Assembly (NCBI GenBank): GCA_019418625.1
Contig: DYBL01000010.1
Span: 5,167 to 69,166 of the forward strand
DNA length: 64,000 nt
Origin: Clostridiales bacterium
GTDB taxonomy: Bacteria; Bacillota; Clostridia; Oscillospirales; Oscillospiraceae
Reading direction: 5' to 3'
Part shown: in pieces, positions 59,248 through 64,000 of the stretch
Layout of the letters: each line of letters opens with the position of its first letter
Position numbering within the stretch: position 1 is the first letter of the stretch
Position numbers and translations under genes: made by a program
The notes under the pieces: generated by a model
Database searches by the model: none
What the model was told of the DNA's origin: nothing
Seen by the model: the letters and a program-made list of their open reading frames with translations, nothing else

Positions 59248-59317
59248 ATTATTTTAATTAAAAATATTTAACTAAAATAATCGAACTTATTTTACGCAGG
59301 GACCGGGGGTTTGTCAA
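59248..59317 (-). promoter_or_regulatory. acp/acc/fab promoter and a 34-bp palindromic operator
   Basis: Minus strand TTGACA (59312-59317)-17-TAAAAT (59289-59294); ATTATTTTAATTAAA-AATA-TTTAACTAAAATAAT at 59248-59281. Confidence 0.7.
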
Positions 59318-59485
59318 GGGGATTTTGAGCAGGTTTGGGAAATGCTATAAAATTTGTGCCAATAAGGGGGAGAAGGTATTCCATTTTACAAGAATATCCT
59401 TTATAATTCCTTAATACACGACAATTGCCGGGCAGACCCGGACACTTTTATGAAGAGCAGTCTTGATAAGACGAAAGGAAGCACC

Positions 59486-60847
59486 ATGAGAATCATTATC
59501 GTGGGCGCGGGCAAAGTGGGCCTGGCGCTGACGCAGCAGCTGTCCAAGGAAAACCAGGTGACGGTCATCGACCATAACTACCACCTCATTGACAATATCA
59601 TCAATATCCATGATGTCATGGGCGTGTGCGGCAACGGCGCCATTTACGAGGTGCAGAAGGAGGCGGAGGCGGAGAAGGCCGATCTGCTGATCGCCACCAC
59701 CTCCAGCGACGAGATCAACATTGTGGCGTGCCTGGTGGCCAAGAAGCTGGGCGTGCGCCACACCATCGCCCGGATCCGTAACCCGGAGTATGAAAAGCAG
59801 CTGCGCTTCATGCGGGAGGATCTGGGTCTTTCCATGGTCATCAACCCGGAAAAGGCCACGGCCCGCGAGATCGCCCGCGTACTGCGTTTTCCCAATGCCA
59901 TCAAGCTGGAGTCCTTTTCCAAGGGCCGCATGGAGCTGGTGGAGTATCGGATCCCGGAGGGCAGCATGCTCCACGGGGTGCGCCTTTCCGACCTGTACCG
60001 GAATTTGCGGGTACGTGTGCTGATCTGCGCCGTGGCCCGCAAGGGAGAGACCATCATCCCCTCCGGTGACTTTGAACTCCATACCGGGGACAAGATCTAT
60101 CTGACCTCCTCTCCCGCCCAGCTGGAGCAGTTTTTCCGGCATCTGGGCGTGTTCCGGGGCAAGGCGTCCTCCGTCATGATCGTGGGCGCCAGCAAGATGT
60201 GCTACTATCTTGCCAAGGAGCTTTTGGAGATGGGCATGTCCGTCAAGATCATCGACCGGGATGAGCGGCGCTGCGTGGAAATGGGCGAACGGCTCCCCAA
60301 GGCGCTGGTCATCGTGGGCGACGGCACCGACGGAGAGCTGCTCCATGAAGAGGGCATCCGCCAGACGGACGCCTTTGTGGCGCTCACGGGTCTGGACGAG
60401 GCCAATATCCTCATGTCCATGAGCGCCGCCAAGCTGACCGGCTCGTGCAAGGTGGTGGCCAAGATCAACCGCAAGCAGCTGGTGGATCTGGTGTCGGACG
60501 AGAGCATGATCGACAGTGTGGTGTCCGCCGGCGCCGTGACGGCGGAGCTGATTTTGCAGTATGTGCGCGCCATGCAGAACGCCACCGGCTCCCAGATCAA
60601 AACACTGCACCGTGTGGCGGGGGAGACCGTGGAGGCCGTGGAATTCGGCGTGACCCACGAGGCACCCTACATCGGCGTGCCGCTGAAGGACCTGCAGCTC
60701 AAAAGCGGCATTTTGCTGGCGGGCATCGTCCGGCAGAACGGGCAGATCATCATTCCCTCCGGCGAGGATGTGCTGCGGCTGCACGACGACGTGATCGTCG
60801 TCACCACGGATACCTCCCTGCGGGATATCCGGGATATCCTGCGATAA
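59486..60847 (+). CDS. trkA: Trk potassium uptake regulatory subunit (double RCK)
   Basis: IIIVGAGKVG, TIARIRNPEY, INPE, second RCK MIVGA...GDGTD. Confidence 0.93.
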   Translation: MRIIIVGAGKVGLALTQQLSKENQVTVIDHNYHLIDNIINIHDVMGVCGNGAIYEVQKEAEAEKADLLIATTSSDEINIVACLVAKKLGVRHTIARIRNPEYEKQLRFMREDLGLSMVINPEKATAREIARVLRFPNAIKLESFSKGRMELVEYRIPEGSMLHGVRLSDLYRNLRVRVLICAVARKGETIIPSGDFELHTGDKIYLTSSPAQLEQFFRHLGVFRGKASSVMIVGASKMCYYLAKELLEMGMSVKIIDRDERRCVEMGERLPKALVIVGDGTDGELLHEEGIRQTDAFVALTGLDEANILMSMSAAKLTGSCKVVAKINRKQLVDLVSDESMIDSVVSAGAVTAELILQYVRAMQNATGSQIKTLHRVAGETVEAVEFGVTHEAPYIGVPLKDLQLKSGILLAGIVRQNGQIIIPSGEDVLRLHDDVIVVTTDTSLRDIRDILR

Positions 60848-60874
60848 GCGGGCGGAAGAAGGAGAGTCGTCCAA

Positions 60875-62320
60875 ATGATCGTCTTTATTCTGGGCAGGAT
60901 CCTGCTGACAGAGGCGGTGCTGCTGCTTTTGCCGCTGCTGGTGGCGGTTTTATACGGAGAATCTATCTTGCCCTTTTTGCTGCCGGCCCTGGCGCTGGCG
61001 GTATGCGGCGCCCTGATGAGCGCCAGAAAGCCCAAGAGCATGGCCTTGTTCGCAAGGGACGGCCTGGCGGTGGTGGCCATGGCGTGGATCGCCATGTCTG
61101 CCTTCGGCGCGCTGCCCTTTTGCATCTCCGGGGACATTCCCCATTTTGTAGACGCTTTTTTTGAAACGGTGTCCGGCTTTACCACCACCGGCGCAAGCAT
61201 CCTTACGGAGGTGGAGTCCCTCACACGCAGCGGCCTTTTCTGGCGCAGCTTCACCCACTGGGTGGGCGGCATGGGCGTGCTGGTGTTCGTCATGGCCATC
61301 CTGCCTATGAGTGACGGCCACGGCATGCACCTTCTGCGGGCGGAGGTGCCCGGCCCCACCGTTGGCAAGCTGGTCAGCCGCATGAGCGATTCGGCCAAGA
61401 TCCTCTATGGGATCTATCTGGTCATGACCGTGATCGAGATCATCCTCCTGCTGCTGGGCGGCATGCCCTTGTTCGATGCGTGCATCCACGCCTTCGGCAC
61501 GGCCGGCACCGGCGGCTTCAGCTGCCGGAATTTGAGTGTGGGTGCCTATCAAAGCCCCTACTTTGATGTGGTCATCGGCATTTTCATGCTGCTGTTCGGC
61601 GTGAACTTCAACCTCTATTACTTCCTGCTGATCCGCCGGTTCCGGGATGTGTTCCGCTCCGAGGAGCTGCGGGCCTATCTCCTGATCGTGGCGGCGGCGG
61701 TGGGCGCCATCACCATCAACATCGCTCACCTGTATCAGTCCGTGGGGGAGAGCCTGCGCCACGCGTTTTTCCAGGTCTCCTCCATCATCACCACCACCGG
61801 CTTTGCCACCGTGGACTTCAACCAGTGGCCCACCTTCTCCAAGGCCATCCTGGTGACGCTGATGTTCATTGGCGCCTGCGCCGGCTCCACCGGCGGCGGC
61901 ATCAAGGTGGCGCGGATCGTCATCTTGGCCAAGACCTCCTTCGGGGATATGCGCAAGATGCTTCACCCCAACGCAGTGGCCACCGTGCGCATGGAGGGCA
62001 AGGCCCTGGGGGACAAGCAGATCCGCAGTGTGCACCTGTTCCTCACGGTGTATCTGGCGCTGTTCGTGGTCTCCTGCCTGCTGCTCGCCCTGGAGCATAC
62101 GGATCTCATCACCACCTTTACGGCGGTGGCCTCCTGTATGAACAACATCGGACCGGGCCTGGAGATCGTGGGTCCCATGGGAAACTTCTCCTCGTTCTCC
62201 TATGCAGCCAAGCTGCTGCTGTCTTTCGACATGCTGGCCGGCCGGCTGGAGCTGTTCCCCATGCTGCTGCTGCTGGCGCCGTCCATCTGGAAACGCAAAC
62301 TGCCCTCCCTGCGGGGCTGA
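60875..62320 (+). CDS. trkH: Trk potassium uptake membrane subunit
   Basis: FETVSGFTTTGA, WVGGMG, GTGGFS, TTTGF, GSTGGGIK, NNIGPG, GRLE. Confidence 0.93.
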   Translation: MIVFILGRILLTEAVLLLLPLLVAVLYGESILPFLLPALALAVCGALMSARKPKSMALFARDGLAVVAMAWIAMSAFGALPFCISGDIPHFVDAFFETVSGFTTTGASILTEVESLTRSGLFWRSFTHWVGGMGVLVFVMAILPMSDGHGMHLLRAEVPGPTVGKLVSRMSDSAKILYGIYLVMTVIEIILLLLGGMPLFDACIHAFGTAGTGGFSCRNLSVGAYQSPYFDVVIGIFMLLFGVNFNLYYFLLIRRFRDVFRSEELRAYLLIVAAAVGAITINIAHLYQSVGESLRHAFFQVSSIITTTGFATVDFNQWPTFSKAILVTLMFIGACAGSTGGGIKVARIVILAKTSFGDMRKMLHPNAVATVRMEGKALGDKQIRSVHLFLTVYLALFVVSCLLLALEHTDLITTFTAVASCMNNIGPGLEIVGPMGNFSSFSYAAKLLLSFDMLAGRLELFPMLLLLAPSIWKRKLPSLRG

Positions 62321-62430
62321 TGCAAAACGCGCGGTCCTGGCGACCGCGCGTTTTCCTGCGAAAAGCTGGCAGGAAAATTGCTTGTATATTCAAAATGTTA
62401 AAACTTCGCTAAAAAAAGGGGACGATCTGC

Positions 62431-63375
62431 TTGCTTGAAAATCTGCTCTTCAGTCTCAATATGAGTCTGCCGCTGTTTATCCTGCTGGGCCTGGGCTATG
62501 TGCTGGCCCGCAAGGGACTTTTTTCCGATGACTATGTGGCCAGGACCACCAACCTGGTCTACTATGTGATGCTGCCGGCCAAGCTGTTTCTGGACATCTG
62601 TGAGACGGACCTGACCGCTGCCTTTGACCCGCGGTACGTAGGCGTGACCGTGGTGGGCGTGGTGGTGCAGTTCATCCTGGCCTGGCTGTGCGGCAATCTC
62701 CTGTGCCGGGACAAAAGCAAGCAGAGCGCCTTTGCCCATGCCTGCTTTCGGGGCAACTTCGCCTATCTTGGCATGGCACTGCTGCAAAATATCTACAACA
62801 GCGACACCGTGGCCAGCACGGCGGTGATCCTGGCTGTGGTGCTGCCACTGTACAACATCCAGGGCGTCATTTTGATGACCATCAAAGAGGGAGAAGGCGG
62901 CATCCACATTGGAAAGATCCTGCTGGGCGTGCTGAAAAATCCCATGGTGCTGGCCATTCTGGCGGGACTGCCCTTTGCCTATTTCCAGGTGGAGCTGCCC
63001 TATGTGGCTTCCAAGAGCCTGAGCTATCTGCAGGTGGCCACCAGCACCATGGCCCTTCTGGTGGTGGGCGCCAGCATCAAGCTGGACGCCATCCGGGAGG
63101 ATCTGGCCCTTTTGCTGCGGGTATCGGGCATCAAGCTGCTGGTCATGCCGGCCATCTGGGGCGTGATGGCCGTGGCGGCGGGGCTGAGCGCCGAGCAGAT
63201 CGTCACGCTGACCATCGTGGGATCCATGCCTGCCGCCGTCAATGTGTATATCATCACCGACAAGCTGGGCGGCAATGGAAAGACCGCCTGCGGCGCCGTG
63301 GTGGTGACGCACCTGATCTCTCTATTCACCATGACAGGCGTGGTGTTCATTCTGCGCAGTGCCGGACTCATCTGA
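62431..63375 (+). CDS. AEC (auxin efflux carrier) family transporter
   Basis: FRGNFAYLG, KNPMVLA, MPAAVNVYI; TTG start. Confidence 0.88.
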   Translation: MLENLLFSLNMSLPLFILLGLGYVLARKGLFSDDYVARTTNLVYYVMLPAKLFLDICETDLTAAFDPRYVGVTVVGVVVQFILAWLCGNLLCRDKSKQSAFAHACFRGNFAYLGMALLQNIYNSDTVASTAVILAVVLPLYNIQGVILMTIKEGEGGIHIGKILLGVLKNPMVLAILAGLPFAYFQVELPYVASKSLSYLQVATSTMALLVVGASIKLDAIREDLALLLRVSGIKLLVMPAIWGVMAVAAGLSAEQIVTLTIVGSMPAAVNVYIITDKLGGNGKTACGAVVVTHLISLFTMTGVVFILRSAGLI

Positions 63376-63378
63376 AAT

Positions 63379-63394
63379 TGGCATAAGATTTGCT
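63379..63394 (+). promoter_or_regulatory. Sigma54 promoter
   Basis: TGGCATAAGATTTGC with GG-N10-GC spacing, upstream of the CoA-transferase. Confidence 0.75.
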
Positions 63395-63458
63395 TTTAAT
63401 TAAAACTTGAAAACGCAGACTGCGGCATGGGCCGCTGAAACGATCGGAGGAACAAGAA

Positions 63459-64000
63459 ATGGAAAACAACATGGCATTGAGCAATATCCGGGTGCTGGAT
63501 CTGACCCGCGTCATGGCGGGACCTTACTGCACCATGTATCTTGCGGATCTGGGCGCGGAGGTCATCAAGATCGAGATCCCCGGTTCCGGGGACGATACCC
63601 GGAAATTCCCCCCCTTTAAAAACGGGGAGAGCCTGTATTACTGTAACATGAACCGTAACAAAAAGGGTGTTACATTAAACCTGAAAAAGCCCGAGGGAAA
63701 GGCGCTTTTCAAGGAAATGGTGAAAAATGCCGACGTGGTGGTGGAAAATTATCGCCCCGGCGTTATGGATAAGCTGGGTCTTGGATATGACGTTTTGAAA
63801 GAGGTCAATCCCCGGATCGTGTATGCGGCGGTGTCCGGCTTCGGAAGCTATGGCCCCAAGCACCAGCGGCCCGGCTATGACATCATCGCCCAGGCCACCA
63901 GCGGCATCATGAGCCTGACCGGCGAGGCCGGCGGCGGCCCTCTGCGCACCGGCAGCGCCATCGGCGATCTGGTGGGCGGACTGAACCTTTGCATCGGCAT
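63459..64000 (+). CDS. Class III CoA-transferase (CaiB/BaiF family), truncated by the window end
   Basis: Own translation MENNMALSNIRVLDLTRVMAGPYCTMYLADLGAEVIKIE...NRNKKG...ENYRPG; GGAGG RBS; not in the ORF track. Confidence 0.92.
   Translation, partial: MENNMALSNIRVLDLTRVMAGPYCTMYLADLGAEVIKIEIPGSGDDTRKFPPFKNGESLYYCNMNRNKKGVTLNLKKPEGKALFKEMVKNADVVVENYRPGVMDKLGLGYDVLKEVNPRIVYAAVSGFGSYGPKHQRPGYDIIAQATSGIMSLTGEAGGGPLRTGSAIGDLVGGLNLCIG

Noticed and set aside
59450..59478. Hammerhead-like TGAAGAG...GTCTT-GAT-AAGAC-GAAA
   Set aside because: It lacks the CUGA core and a stem III/cleavage triplet, and extra nucleotides precede the stem.

Overview
High-GC Firmicutes chromosome segment. Gene content and style suggest an Oscillospiraceae-type gut clostridium (inference). 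It is mostly core and metabolic genes: the rimP-nusA-ylxR-L7Ae-infB operon, a Fur-regulated metal ABC pair, sugar-acid catabolism (kdgT, split UxaA-family dehydratase, DapA-like and HpcH aldolases), nrdDG, pfkA, an mtnK-mtnA-class II aldolase-methionine gamma-lyase operon, a ThrE pair, an EF-G/TetM-like GTPase fused to an NYN nuclease, a sigma54-driven symporter/hydrolase unit, MMPL/YhgE/TetR, pyk, a surface-glycosylation cluster, gluQ, a complete acc/fab operon, trkAH, an AEC transporter and a class III CoA-transferase cut by the window end. I found no rRNA, tRNA, CRISPR array, integrase or transposase. The most notable signals are: (1) a structured 5' leader of the mtnK operon with alternative RBS pairing that matches no riboswitch I recognise; (2) a ~230-nt multi-hairpin element between nrdD and nrdG; (3) an orphan phage tail-fibre-like gene plus an unannotated 39-aa partner inside the glycan cluster; (4) the GTPase-NYN fusion; (5) a three-half-site operator shared by three sugar-acid loci; (6) a FabX/UfaA-like Fe-S flavoprotein inside the fab operon. 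All calls come from reading motifs by eye; no searches were run.
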